Assembly (NCBI GenBank): GCA_001643675.2
Contig: LSRY02000034.1
Coordinates: 434,001 to 498,000 of the forward strand
Direction of reading: 5' to 3'
Origin: Monocercomonoides exilis PA203
Lineage: Eukaryota > Protista > Preaxostyla
Length of the DNA: 64,000 nucleotides
Position 1 is the first letter of the stretch. Each line of letters begins with the position of its first letter. Below are positions 48,501 to 61,456 of the stretch, piece by piece. Made by a program: the position numbers and the translations under genes. Under the pieces are notes generated by a model. The model saw only the letters and a program-made list of their open reading frames with translations, was not told where the DNA came from and ran no database searches.

Positions 48501-51500
48501 ACTACACATTCTTCTCCTGTCTCAAGATGTCCCTCACGCGGCTCAATCGAAATAGCACTCATTCCAACTCCGTTGGCTCCTCCTTGTTTTCCACCACTTC
48601 CGTCTCCTCCATTATCATCATCATTTCCTCCTCCTTCTCCTCCACTTGCTCCTCCACCTCCATTTCCACCCAGACCCATCCCTCCCATCTGATGCATCAT
48701 CCCCTTCCTCAGATCTCTCTCTTCCACCCAATGCTCAGCCCTCACATCAAAGTCTGATGGATCGCGTATTCGCCAATCAAGTGGAAGTTTCCCATTGTTC
48801 TGCACGCACACAAACACCTCTGTGTCCTTGCTTCCCAGCGGAGCAGCACCCAAATAGAACGGCAAGTGCAGCAGATTCTGCAGCAAGCGCATGCCAGCCT
48901 CTGTGTAGAGTAATCCATCGTAGCGGTTGAATGTCTCATCTGCAGGTGTGAGCTCGTGGGCAAACGCGTGGTTCAACTGGTTCAATGACAGCTCTTTCCA
49001 CAGAATCGCCTTCTCTGTGTTGTGGCGGTGAACATCCACAACCGCTGCAGAGGGAAGGATCCCCAGGCCAGTCACCACACACAATGCAGTTGCGTTGCTT
49101 TTCGACTGCATTCGTCTCATTTCGCTGGTTTCTTGCTCTTCTTCTCGACTCTGCGACATCATTGAGGATGTTGGAGAAGAACGCACTGACTGCAATGGTC
49201 CGTACATATCTCCATCAGAAGTGAATTTCTCTGAACATCCACCTCTTTTCTCTTTGTCTGTTTCAATCACGCACACAACACGGCATGTGTACAATGTGCG
49301 AAGAACAGGTCTGAAAAACACTTTGATTCTTTCGTGCGATCTGGCTGAAATGACTCCGCTTTGTGGCTGGACAGACAGAACAGGCAAAACGGCAGAAGGA
49401 GGAGAAGAAGAAGAAGGGGCTGATGCAGAAGACTGCTGGTTTGCTCCTTGTTGAGTGAGTGGAGAAGAAGAAGATGAAGATTGCAAGGAAGATGAGGAAG
49501 AGGAAGAAGATGATGATGAGCCATCATTCATTCTTCCCTGGTTTCCATGCTCATCTTCGGCTTCGGCCTCCCACATCACCTCCAGCCTGAACGAAATATC
49601 AGCATCTGACTCGTTCAGCACTGAAATTGTTTGTTCTTTTGTGGAGTTCGTCATCTGGATACCAAAATCAATGGAATCTGGGTCAAATCTAATCGATCCT
49701 TGAATGCCTTCTCCAACCACATCCACATACCCAACTGTCTTTTCTGTGTTCTCTTGCTCCCACACAACTTCTTCCCCGTTGCTTCCGTTGATCGACTTTG
49801 AAGCAACTATCGATGTTGATGGTGCTAATCCATTTCCTTGTTCTCTCTCTCTCCTTCCTCTTTCCCTTTCACCTCCTCCTGCCATCTCCACATCCGCTGC
49901 CTCCATCCACAGCCGAAATGACTTCTCTCCCATCTCCTGAGGTTGGAACTGCAGCATCACTTCGCCTTCCTCATTCCCTTTCAGCACAAGATGTGAAGGG
50001 CAAACTCTCAAACCTTCATTGGCCTTTTGTTCATACATGCTATCAGGCGAAATATCTCGTGAATACATTCCATTTGAACTTCTTTGTTCTCTTCCTTCTC
50101 TTCCTTCTTCTCCTCCAAACTCTGTTGCCTTCAGTGACAGCACAATTGGCAGTCGTGATGGGTTCCTCAGTGCCACAATCCTGTTGCTCGTTGAACCAAC
50201 GCACGTTGATCTCAGCACAATGCATTGTGGCTGTGAAATGCCAAATTTCGTGTTGTTCAGTCCAGGATTCAAGATAGAGATACCTGGATGGTGGATGGAG
50301 GCGTTGATGGGGAGGTTGTATTGCTTGCCGTTCATTCCAGAAACAGAAGAAGATGGTGATGAAGAAGAAAATATACCGCTTTTATTGACTGCACCGTTCG
50401 TATTCACTCGCAGAATGAAGTTCTCTTCTTGTCTTGGTTTATGTTGTGACCAAGTTAGAAGAGAGGTTAAGTGAGAGTTTTTTACAGGAGCTAAAGGAGA
50501 GGGAGAAGAAGAAGATGATGATGATGATGAATTTGACTGCCTTTCAGCAGGAATGAATCCAACGCACAGAAAACAGAATGAATGTGGCTGGACACATCCA
50601 GCATTTGGCCACACAATACACCTTCCATTCGACTTATCCGATGAAATCAAAGAAGATGGAGAAGAAGAATTTCCATTCTTTTTCCCTGATTGTTGTTGCT
50701 GCTGCTGCTGTTGGTTCGTTTGTTTTGCGGGGACAGCTTCTGTGTCGAAGAGAAGAGGGGTGTCGCCGAGGTTGGCGAAGACAGCTGTGTGGAAGGCAGC
50801 TTGGCCATCTCGAGTGGGAGCAAGAACAAGAAGAGAGGAGTTGGACGATGAGGATGAAGAAGAGGAGGATAATGTTAATTGAGAAGAAGAAGAGGAAGAA
50901 GAAGACGTTGTTGTTGATGATGAAACCATCGAATTCAACATTGTTGTCAACTGAGCTTTTGGAATAAATTCTTCACTGGGGCTGTTGAAATAACGTCCCA
51001 AACAGCGAACAGACACACACCAAGGTGGAATAAGCATCTTTCCCTTTGAAACAGACTGGGATCGCATGTATTTTGGAGCACACATACACTCAATCAAGGA
51101 AGAAAAATAGTTGGCAAGAAGATTTAATTTGGATTTTGCTGAAGAAGAAGAAGAAGAAGATTGACTATTAGCAGAAGCAGAAGCCGCTGCTGCCAACGCA
51201 TCGACAGAAAACGAAACCGTGCATGTCTCTGACGAGTGTGGGGGTATGTCCATCTGCGCCGGGGTTACGGTGAAAGGCAGTGTGACGTTGTTCATCGCAG
51301 CTTTGCCGCCTCCGCCGCCCATCATCAGCGACGCCTGGATGCCCACCCGCTTCACACAGCGCGGGTGCCAGTAGCACGTGACGGTGTGGTGTGTGCTGTT
51401 GACAATGCGCACTTCTTTCGCCTGGGGAAGCGTGAAATCCTTCGCATTGTCAAAGAGCAGGAGAGAGGGAGTCACAAAGACTGCAGAGCCTGATGAGATC

Positions 51501-53078
51501 AGCTGTTCTGCTGAGCTTTCTCCCTCTCTATTATCACCATTCTTCCCTCCTTCTCCTCCAATTTCTCCAATTCCTATGCTTCCTCGCACACTGTGTGCGC
51601 TGACCAGCTGCTCCCAGCCAAACACATCGCGCACTTCGCCCAGCCGGATCTGATGCTCTTCTTTCAGTCGCTCTTCCATCTCTGCCTCAATCGCCTCTTC
51701 CTCACTCAGCTCTTCGCCTTCGCGCCTGCCTCGCTCGTCTCCTTTTCCTGCCTGGGCATAATAGTCGCTGCCTTGTTCCATTCCGTTTTCTCCTTCTCCT
51801 TCTTCTCCTTCCTCCTCCATCTCTTTTATCTCATCCAAATCCTCGTATTCTCTAAATCCGTTCACTTCCTTCAGGGTTAGCTTCGTCCTTGCCTTTTGCT
51901 CTTTCTCTTCGTACTCCTTTTCCAGCAACTCCAGCGCCTTCGCTTCTTCCGCTCTCCTCAGGCCTTCGCTCCCGCTGCTCTGGCCAACACCTCTCCCAAC
52001 CTCCATCCACAGCCGCTGCCTCGCTTTCTCCACACGCACGACGTCTTCCTTTGACAACTCCGCCACTCTCACACGGTCGCTCTGCCCGCTTCCCCACACG
52101 CTGATCCAAAATGGCGTGCTTTCCCCAACAACCACAAAGAACCTCCGAAAGTGGACCATGGCTGTTGTGGGGGTAAATGAAATGTTAATAACTTTGAAAT
52201 TGTGAGGTGCAGATTTGGCAGGAAGGATGCCTCGCGTCTCAGAGATGTCAAAAAATCCTTCTTCATCGCAACATATTTCAAAAGACGCAGGAGATTCTGA
52301 TAGATTGGTTAAGGATATGCTCTCTGTCTTTGTTTCTCCAAGTTCAACTCCCCCAAAATTTACATAACGACGAGATGCAACAACTTTCGGCCCTCTTGTT
52401 TTTGTTGTGCAAATCATTTCCACTGTATTTCCACCAGGCGTCCAAATACGAAATATATCACGTGCATCAATACCGTTAGTTGTTGCATTCAATTTTACTT
52501 GGATAATTAAACTTTCATTTGGCTCGAGACGTCCTTGATTTGGTGAAAATGAGAAAAGAGGAATTGTACGATCTTCATCAAGTGGTACGATTTTAAATGA
52601 GGTGAACACTGCAGAGCAATTAGTGATAACAAAGGATTGAGAAGGAGCAGAACCAACAATTGTCTAAAATATGAATAAAAATTGAAAATACATTAACCAA
52701 AAATTCAAAATTTAAAAAAAAAAATACCTCTCCAAAATCTAAATAATTTACAGAGCATCTAATGTAAGGATATTTTCCATATCCTCTGAAAGATATTGTT
52801 GATTCTTTATTTCCAACTAATAATAATGCAGAGCATTCCAGAACTGTTGCTTCAGTTGGTGTAAATGTTGCTTTACATATTTTACTCTTACCTGCCGGCA
52901 CAATACCACTTGAAGGTTCAATAGTTAAGCATTCTATTTCTAAAGGAATGCTAAATGAATATGAATTATCTGCTTTTGATGTATTAGAAATTTCAAAAGC
53001 GACCACAGAAGGTTCTCCAACGGGAGAATATCCAAAGTTTATTACGCTGGGAAAATTCATATGGACAATGCTTTTCAA
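45527..53078 (-). CDS. CFAP65: Cilia- and flagella-associated protein 65 (CCDC108), tandem ASH/MSP Ig-like domains; 5' end uncertain
   Basis: Repeated (I/V)xFG...LxN...F...PxxGxI.P...VxFxP units, ILWKELSLNQLNHAF..LTP, LGAAPLGSKDTEVFVCVQNNGKLPLDW..D..VRAEHW, VPIGEVDAPMQSIVLRNEG. Intron near 52664-52727. Many poly-Ser/Gly insertions. Confidence 0.8.
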
Positions 53079-53555
53079 TAAGGAAAAAAAAAAGAAAAAT
53101 TATTTTAAACTGAATTATCCCATTTTATGTTCAGTGAATTGATGATATTCTGGTGTTGATCTAAATTTTTTTTGTGCTTTTGTTTTTATTCATTCATTTA
53201 CTCAAGCATTAACATAATTATCAAAATAATTACGGAGTATTCATTACAAAAACTTCTGAAAAGAAAAGCTGAAAATTCACATATTTTCTTTTTTGTGAAA
53301 TGAAGAAAAAAAGATAAGCAAACTTTTGAGTTGCAAAAACAAAAACAAAAGCAAAAACATCAATTTTTGAGTTAAAAAATAAATATGATTCTCTTTTTCT
53401 CAAACATTTACATCGCAAGCTGATTGTTCATCAAGCAATCCATTAAAATTTTCGTTGAAGAATACTCCAAACAGTCATTTGCAGTAAAAGAAATTATAAA
53501 AAACATAAATAAATATATAATATTGAAGCTTCAAAATTCATTTCATCGCATTTCC

Positions 53556-54877
53556 TTAAACATTCACAAAATAATTTGTAATATATAACGATAATTCAAA
53601 ATTGAGATGCAGTCTAAGAAAATTCATTATTTCATAAAGGCTGATGATGATCTCTTCGTATCCTTCTTCTTCCATCTTTTCAAAAACCTTCCTTTTCAAC
53701 TCTCTTCTTTTCCCTTCTTCCACTTCATCCTCTTCCATTCCTTTCAATAGTCTTATAATTTTTTTAAAAAATGATATGCTTTCACATGTCATCCTGTCAT
53801 TCAACGTTGATCGCTGCATCTCACCCAAAGCCGTATCAACAGCTCCTTCTTTCAGCAAGCAATCAACTTCCCTGAATGTTTCAATTGTCGTTTTTAGAAT
53901 CAAATGAACGCATTCATCAGAAATTTCTCCGCAATTGTCCTTTGCTGCTCGAAATATCTGAACAATGCAGCTGATAAGCCCAGCAAGTTCTTCATTTCGC
54001 AACAGATAATTTTCTAAGGGAAGTGCTAACGAATGAAGCCATCTTACCAAAATATTCTCTTCTTTTGAATCTTTTCCTTTTCTGTCTTCTTCTTTTCCCT
54101 TCCAATCCACACACTTTGCCAGCTCTTCCAATTCTCTTGTTGCCTCTCTTGCAAAATGAAGCTTATTCACAATAACTTCCTCCAACTCTCTATTCCTGAA
54201 TAATAGGGTAATCGAAAACCGCCAAGCCGATTGATACGCAAGTTGTGTAAGATTGTGATGCTCTTGATGATATTGAATAATTTCTTTGATTTCATTTAAA
54301 CACAATTCTTTTGGCACAGTCTGAAAAAGAGAGAGAGAGAGAATAAATAAAATCAAAAATGAATTCAAAATTATCATACACGATAAACATGAGCTATTCT
54401 TAGCGCCAACAAAGCCATTTCCACTTCTTTTCGTGCTTCCTCGTTTTCTTCCTTGTTCAATGCAACTTTCAGAAGGCATTTCACGCAAGTTAATAGCAGA
54501 CCATCGTTGAATAAATCATATCTTGTACACCAGAATAAATAGCATTCACAAAGATCAACCAATAGTCTTTCATCCTTTCCCTCTTTTTTCTTTCCCTCTT
54601 CAACAATCATCCTGATAAATCTTTTCTTCAGGGAAATATCTGAAAAATAATGAAGATCTCTTAATTTTTTCTCATTCTCGTTTCCAACATGCTTCAGCAA
54701 CATGAGGGATTTTTCAAAAGGATAATTGTTCAATTCAATCAATTTATAATTTTCATCAAATTCTTCTTTCGAGAAAAAATGCTTCAATTCTTCTTTGTCC
54801 ATATTCTTCAGCATTCCGTTCATCTCCTCCTTCAGCAGACTTTTTTCTTCTTCTGCAAAATCTATTCCAGGAAACAT
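53556..54877 (-). CDS. Member of a lineage-expanded helical (ARM-like) protein family, at least two exons
   Basis: ORFs 54374-54877 and 53556-54321 joined by a short intron. Motifs LLVDLCECY, CLLKVALNKEENEEARKEVEMALLAL, EIKEIIQYHQEHHNLTQLAYQSAW, KRKVFEKMEEEGYEE. Confidence 0.75.
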
Positions 54878-55320
54878 TTCTTTTGCAAAAAAAACCAGAA
54901 ATAAATTGCAATTTCCCCTCCTTTGATAGAATCAAATGAACACACCAAAACATTCCTCGGTGTCTTCCATCTCCAGTATCTTTTCACAAAGACAGTGCAA
55001 CCAGAAGGAATCAATATTTTGCCGTTTTCAATAAAACAAAGGAATAAAAAACAGAGTAAATGGTTGAAATATTAAAACCAATAAAAGACGTGAAAAAATC
55101 ATAGCTCATACCACCCTTTCCTGTTTTGGAATTCAGACAAGAAAATATGGAGAAAAGAAAAGATTTCACAAATTTGAAAAATACTAATGGTTGTCAAGTT
55201 CAAAAAAACACTTTTGAATATAAAAATTATTCATCTATAAAATGTGTAAATTAAAGACGTTGCCTGTCGTCGAGTTTCAGAAATTGTATTTATCCCTCAT
55301 CAAAATGAAAAGAAAGGTGT

Positions 55321-55526
55321 GGCTGATCCTTTTTGAAATCAAACTTTCGTTCTAGTTTTGATCGAAAATTTCTTCTCAATGGGATTTGTGTCAAAATTTG
55401 TTTTTCCAATCACAATATCATAAATAACAAGTGTTCCCTATTTCAACTCATTTTTTTCGAAATCTCTTTGAGTTTAAAATTTTGATCAAATCTCGAACGA
55501 AAACATGAATTCAAAAAGGATCAGCC
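55321..55526. mobile_element. Family-A-related MITE with longer imperfect TIRs
   Basis: GGCTGATCCTTTTTGAAATC..TTCGTTCTAGTTTTGATC versus GATCAAATCTCGAACGAAAACATGAATTCAAAAAGGATCAGCC. Confidence 0.8.
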
Positions 55527-56513
55527 ACATAAAAAATGATCGATCAAACACTAAATTAGTCCTTTGCGACAAGGAAATTTTTAGCAGTCTGTGTCGGTCG
55601 AAAGGATAAAACTGTGTCGAGATTAATTTTTTTTTTTTTATTATTTTATTTAATTTTTATAAATTAATAAATCACCTTTTTTTTATTTTCTTCTAATAAA
55701 TTTTAGAGAAAACAAAAAAATAAAAATAAAAATAAAAATAAATAATTTATTTTTAAAAAATAAAGAAAAAAAAATACATTATTTGATTTGATCATATTAT
55801 TGTTGAAAAAATAACTATTATTATCACGCAGCTTTCGTGAAAGATAATTAATTAGTATGCTTTCAATTGCACCACATGTGCCAACGACAAGTATTTCCAT
55901 ATTTTTGAAATCTCATATTGTTTTTTGTGTGCAAAGCTTTCTGAATTTCCATATCGATTAACATTTCACAAATTGAGCAAAATTCATTGTTTCAAGTTTG
56001 TTCTTCTTATTCAATATGAAAAAGTTAAATTTTTCTAAATTCAATAATTTGATTATTGTCAATTAAACGATTTTTGAAAAATAATAACACCTTGGAATTC
56101 AATGAAACAAATATATTTAAAAAAATGAATATCAGACCACAGGTTTGACAAATAATTGTACTCCGAAGTTTTCATTCTTTTGTTCAATAATTAAATAATC
56201 TGCTTTTGTTCTTTACGAAAAATAAATATTTTTAAATTATAAAGAAATTAATTTTTTTATTTTAAAGTTGAATTGTCGTGAGACAATAGTCACAGAAAAA
56301 TAAAATGAGTGTGTGTTTTTTTCTCGTCGATGTGAAAGAAAGAGGAATGCACATTTTTTGTTTCTTTGACATTTTTTTATAATAAACTTGTTATTCCTGT
56401 TTGCAGACAAATGGTAACTTTCAAGCTGAAAATTTTATGTTCTTTTTGTTTTTCATTATGTCACTGCAATAGACAGAAAAACTCAAATTTTTGCTAATGG
56501 CCCTTGAAGATAT

Positions 56514-56753
56514 GGGTGATTCTTTTTGAAAAGTCACAAATGTTTTATTAACAAATAAATCTCAAATTTCATATTTGGCTCAAATTTCTGTTTCCACTCA
56601 TGAATATTCTTGAAAATGTTTGAAATAGCATCATCCAGAAATAGATTTCATATTAGTGAAGTTTTGTGAATGAAAACAGAAATCTGAGAATAATATGAAA
56701 ATTTTGATATATTTGAATATTAAACATTTGTGACTTTTCAAAAAGAATCACCC
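56514..56753. mobile_element. MITE family A (240 bp)
   Basis: Same perfect 32-bp TIR as 8-246, with ATAT on both flanks. Confidence 0.92.
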
Positions 56754-56839
56754 ATATGGTATTTTCTGCACAAATTAATATTTGGAAAATATGTTTCCTT
56801 ACTTAAATTTTTAAAAATTCAGTGAACAATTGATCACAG

Positions 56840-57740
56840 GCACTCAGAAGACCTGGAAAAATTTATTTATGATACAATGAGAAATGATCAAACAATGTTT
56901 GATGAAACGTTTGTGAAGACGACGATGGAGAAAAAATAGAGGAGAAAAGAGAGAGAGAGGAGGAGGAGATTAGCAAAGTTTGGATAAAGAATAAAATATT
57001 TAGAAAAGAGATGATTCATTCGGAGCCATCAGAGCATCTTATCTCTGAGAGTGGTTCCACTGAATATATTTTGGGGAGAGATTCAGACAAGATCCCTCAA
57101 TGGATGCTGGAGAAGGTTGATGATGAGGAGGAAACAAGAAAGCGAACTCCTTCACCATCTGTCTCATCAACTTCAACCACTGATTCAGATTCAACATTTG
57201 TTCGATCAGAGAGTCTGTGCCCCACCACTTCATCGATGTCGAATCTGGTGGATGCAATGGCCTGCTCATCACCACATGAGAAGCTGATTGTGGATCTGAG
57301 GGATTCACTGTTCATGCTGCTTCATGGGCTGAACAAGACAAAGGAGATGCCTATTGGGACCCTTCAGGAGAGGGAGCAGACAGCTGCTCAAGTTCTGTTC
57401 TGGGTGGCCAATCTCGCACTCCACTCCTTTGATGAGATGGAAAATGGATTATCTTCCCTCTCCACTCTGAGTCCTCACATTGTGCTATTCTCTGAGCACA
57501 TGGTTATCTGCATTGTAACGCACTCTGACTTATTATCTGATGATGACTCAGATTCCTCATCCATCTCTTCGTCAACTGTTGTCACATCTGCAAGTGATGA
57601 CGAGGAGGATCCTTTGCCTTCTTCAGCTTTTGAGGATGAGGATGACTTCAAAGAAGAGTGCATTAGGGGATAGGCACCAGAGCTGATGAATGGAAAAAAG
57701 AAGCATGCGTCAAAAAAGTTAATTTCAATCTCGATCTGGA
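56840..57740 (+). pseudogene. Truncated paralogue of the cytoplasmic part of the receptor-pseudokinase family
   Basis: SESGSTEYILGRDSDKIPQW..LCPTTSSMSNLVDAMACSSPHEKLIVDLRDSLFMLLHG is near-identical to the 26595-28418 ORF. Stop at 57673 (ECIRG*APEL). No ectodomain or TM upstream. Confidence 0.85.
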
Positions 57741-58753
57741 TGAATGAACAGAGATTTTTGATTCTGCAGATCTTATTTCAGAAGCATTAAAAAAAAACTT
57801 TTAGGTATTTTTTAACCTTCTGTGAACGCCATTGCTTTTTGTTATACTATTTGTTTATTCTTTAATTCGAACTGCACACAAATGTTAGCATATGATTCAA
57901 TAATAAGTCAAAAATTATAAGATAAAATATTGAAAAAAATATAACAATAATCTATATTTTCTATTTTAAAAACGCAAATCAGGCAAAGAAAATGGAAAAT
58001 CTGAGTGAAAACAACAGGCTTTTCATTCCTGTCATACCTTTTCCTTTTCTCTAAATTTGTTGAACAAAAAAAAAACATTAAGTATTTGATAACCCGTTAA
58101 TAAAAAATTTCATTTTTCTTCAAATTGCAAGTCATTATAATCAAAACAAACAAAAAAATTTTGAATGATATGAACAATATTATTTGTTATGCAATAACTT
58201 TCATTCATTTGATTCAACAAAAATAATGAATCGATTAACAAAAACTGAGCAACTTGGTGACATGCTTTCACAAATTTAATGGAACAACGAATATTTCAGG
58301 TAAAAAAACACAAATTACGATTTTCATATGATTCAAGTGTGAAAGTTTCATTTCTGATCTTGCGTGATAAGATCATCATTTTTTTTGTTTTTGTATATCA
58401 AATTTTCATTTTATTTTTTGAACTCTTCGTTCGTGCTAAGATTTCTAATCAATCATTTAAAGCTTGAATAAGTCACTAACAGAAATTAACAGTTTTTCCT
58501 TGGTCTTTCGTTGTAATCTCGGTAAAATTCAACAACAAAAACCCTCCTAATTAAGTGTGAAATTGAACATGCCCTTTGATGAGTCTTCTTTTTTGTACAG
58601 TTTATCTTTTTTTGTCAGTTTTACAAAAATATTATAAAGAATTGCAAGATCCATCAATATCATTTCTATTATTGAGGTTAATTTGTTTTCTTCAGCCTTC
58701 ATAAAAAATAGAAACGGATAAAATAAAAAAAAGCTGAATTGCATTGTTCAAAT

Positions 58754-59021
58754 GGGACAAAATATTTCACTTCAGGCATTTTCATTGAAAAATTATGCAT
58801 TTTCGATTAACTCTTTAATATCAAAAAGCACAATAAAAATGGGTCTTTTTTTTGACATTCATGAAATGTTGGAAAACTTTTTGTTTTTTTTTCAACGATG
58901 CCTGTTGAAGGAAATGAAAATCAAATTTATTTTGAAATTTGATAAAGTTTAATAATGTTATAAGTGAAACAATTTTTTCATGCTTTGTGCATAAAAAGCT
59001 TGAAAGTCCATATTTTACCCC
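58754..59021 (-). mobile_element. Family B element, reverse orientation
   Basis: AAAT|GGGACAAAATATTT ... GCTTGAAAGTCCATATTTTACCCC|AAAT. Confidence 0.88.
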
Positions 59022-59186
59022 AAATTAAAAAAAGTTCGTACTCAAACAAACGTACTATTTCATTTATAAAAACACCTATTTTATTAACGAAATTGTTGTT
59101 CTATATATAACATAATTGAAAGTCAATTTCAAAAAAGAAATCATATGAAAAAGAAGATGATGAAGTGTTTGACAAAGTGATCTCCA

Positions 59187-59490
59187 CCGACTGATCTTTC
59201 GACGGACTGATCTTTTGACAGACTGATCTCTTTAAGGATCTGTCGATAACCCATCAAAAAATACAATTTTGGTAATTATTCCAGAAAAAATTAATTATTA
59301 AATAATGTTGTTTATTATCAAATGCTAAAAGAATTATTTTTTTTTTAAAAATAATGTAGAATAATTTTTAAAAAAAATGAGTTATTTCGAAATATTCTTT
59401 GAAAAAATAAAAAAATTAAAAGTTTTGTGACTGTCTTGTCTGTCGACTTATCGAAGTCCTTTGTGAAATGTCGGTCTGTTGCAAAGGCCT
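59187..59490 (+). repeat. Second copy of the GACTGATCT-array module (16-bp period)
   Basis: GACTGATCTTTCGACG GACTGATCTTTTGACA GACTGATCTC plus GACTTATCGA..GTCGGTC..TGCAAAGGC, homologous to 34881-35185. Confidence 0.6.
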
Positions 59491-59784
59491 ACAAACAATT
59501 ACAGCATTCTTTAAGAATAAAACTTGTTTTTCTTTGAATGCCATGAAAACAATGCAAATGCACAAATGGTTGGCTTGAATCAATTTGTATTCTTTTCCGA
59601 TTAAAGTTGTGATTTTGTGCAAATTCATCAATCCAAATGCAAGAACGTTCAAATTATTTGTTTTTCAGGTTTATGCCTTCCAGTTTCAGCATATATGCAA
59701 AAACGCATAAGATGGGCTGCAATAATAAATTATGTGGTATGAAATCTATTTTGTATTTGAATTTATGATGATTGGATTTCTTTC

Positions 59785-60870
59785 CTTTTTTTTTGAAGAA
59801 TTATTCTATGAGCTGGAAGATTCCAAAGAGCAAGTGCAGAAAGTCAAAATTGAAAAAATGAACAAAGAGATGTTAATAATGAATGGAAAAGAATTTAAAT
59901 TTGCTTTTCAAATTTTGAATTAATGAAATGGAAAAATGAACAGTGAAAAATATATTGTTATCAAAGAATAAGTTTTTTGTTGTCGAAGCACATCAAAAAT
60001 AACAAAAAAGTTGAATATTATTCTTATTTATTTTTCATTTGTTTCATTCGGATTGAAAGATTCAAGAAAACGATTGTTGAGTTAGAGAATAGAAAAGAAA
60101 GCAAAAGCGAAAGCGATTATGAAAGCGTTGAGTGCACACATTACGATTATATATGAACATTCAATATGAGTATTTAATAGAAATATATTTTTCTTCTTTA
60201 TTTACAAAAATCATGAAAAAACAAACAATATTTGAATGAGATTTCAGAAATCATCCAATATTTTCATGCACATCGCAATCTCACTCGCTAACCTGTCAAT
60301 CTTTATAGCAATTTATGTTTTTCCGGTGGAAGAAAAGTGAAAGTTAAACCCAAACTTTTTGAATGAACTGCATTTTGCAAGAGAGACATCAAGATAATTG
60401 GATGAGTTTGAAAAGTGTGTGGATTGGAAGATGGATAAAGAAGTGATTGAAAAGAGAAGAAAAGAAAGTGGGGAAGAGCATTGTTTGATAAGATGGTATT
60501 AAATGCAAGAGTTTTGTTTTGATGATCACTAATCGAGGAAAGAAGAAAACTCTGAGCTAATAAGCAGCATAGTGCAAATATTAAGACTGTCAAAGGATTG
60601 CAATTAGGATATAAGTTTTCATTATTTGATATTGACAAGGGAAGCAGCGATCATTGTACCTGTAACAGTTGAAGGCTTATTAAAAGGCGGAGTATTTGGT
60701 GCTATTTTGGAGGAAATACAGAGGCTAACAATATGAAACCAATTGTAATGTGAATGCTTGAGGATTTAAGATTTTTCTTCAAAGCGATTGAAAAAAGAGG
60801 TGAATAAAGAAAAAAAAGTGAAATGAAAAAAATTGAAAAAGAAAGAGCTTAAAGAACTGGAAGAAGAATG
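59785..60870 (+). pseudogene. Decayed paralogue of the 53556-54877 family
   Basis: FEELFYELEDSKEQVQKVKIEKMN, CVDWK, IVQILRLSKDCN*, VEGLLKGGVFGAILEEIQRLT, KELEEE. Many stops. Confidence 0.7.
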
Positions 60871-61188
60871 AAACGAATTTTTTATTTCAAGCTTTCATTA
60901 ACTGTTTAATTTATTTATTTATTTATTTATTTATTTTTTTTTTTGACAAAATAAATGATGATGATAAATCGTCATGAGAAACTTTAAGTTGTTTTACGGG
61001 TTTTAAAATTATGAAATGCTCAGAATTATGTGATTGAGTTTTTATCGTTTATTTTTATTTTTGTTTTTTATCATTTCAGAAAATAGATAAAAATAGGTTA
61101 AAGAAAATTAATAAATCCATATTTCGTTTATTGAAAATAAAGTGAAACTTGAAAAGCAAAACAAAGACAAAAAGAATTGTGAGCATAT

Positions 61189-61456
61189 GGGGGAAAATAC
61201 GGACTTTCAAGCTTTCATGAACAAAGCATGAAATAATTGTTTCGCTCAAATCTTTATTTCGCTTTCTCAGATTTCAAAATTAATTTAATTTTCATATCCG
61301 AAATCAGGCATCGTTGAAATCAAAACTGAAAGTTTTCCTACATTTCACGAATGTCAAAATACAGAACCATTTTTATTGTGTTTTGTTGTTCTCAAAAAAT
61401 CTATGAAAAGTGCAAAATTTTTCAATGAAAATGCATGAAGCAAAATATTTTGCTCC
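61189..61456 (+). mobile_element. Family B element
   Basis: ATAT|GGGGGAAAATACGGACTTTCAAGC ... AAAATATTTTGCTCC|ATAT. Confidence 0.88.

Noticed and set aside
45564-52479. Numerous antisense and alternative-frame ORFs over CFAP65 (likewise over MLH1 and the receptor gene)
   Set aside because: Shadow ORFs expected from GC-rich, low-complexity coding sequence, with no recognisable motifs.
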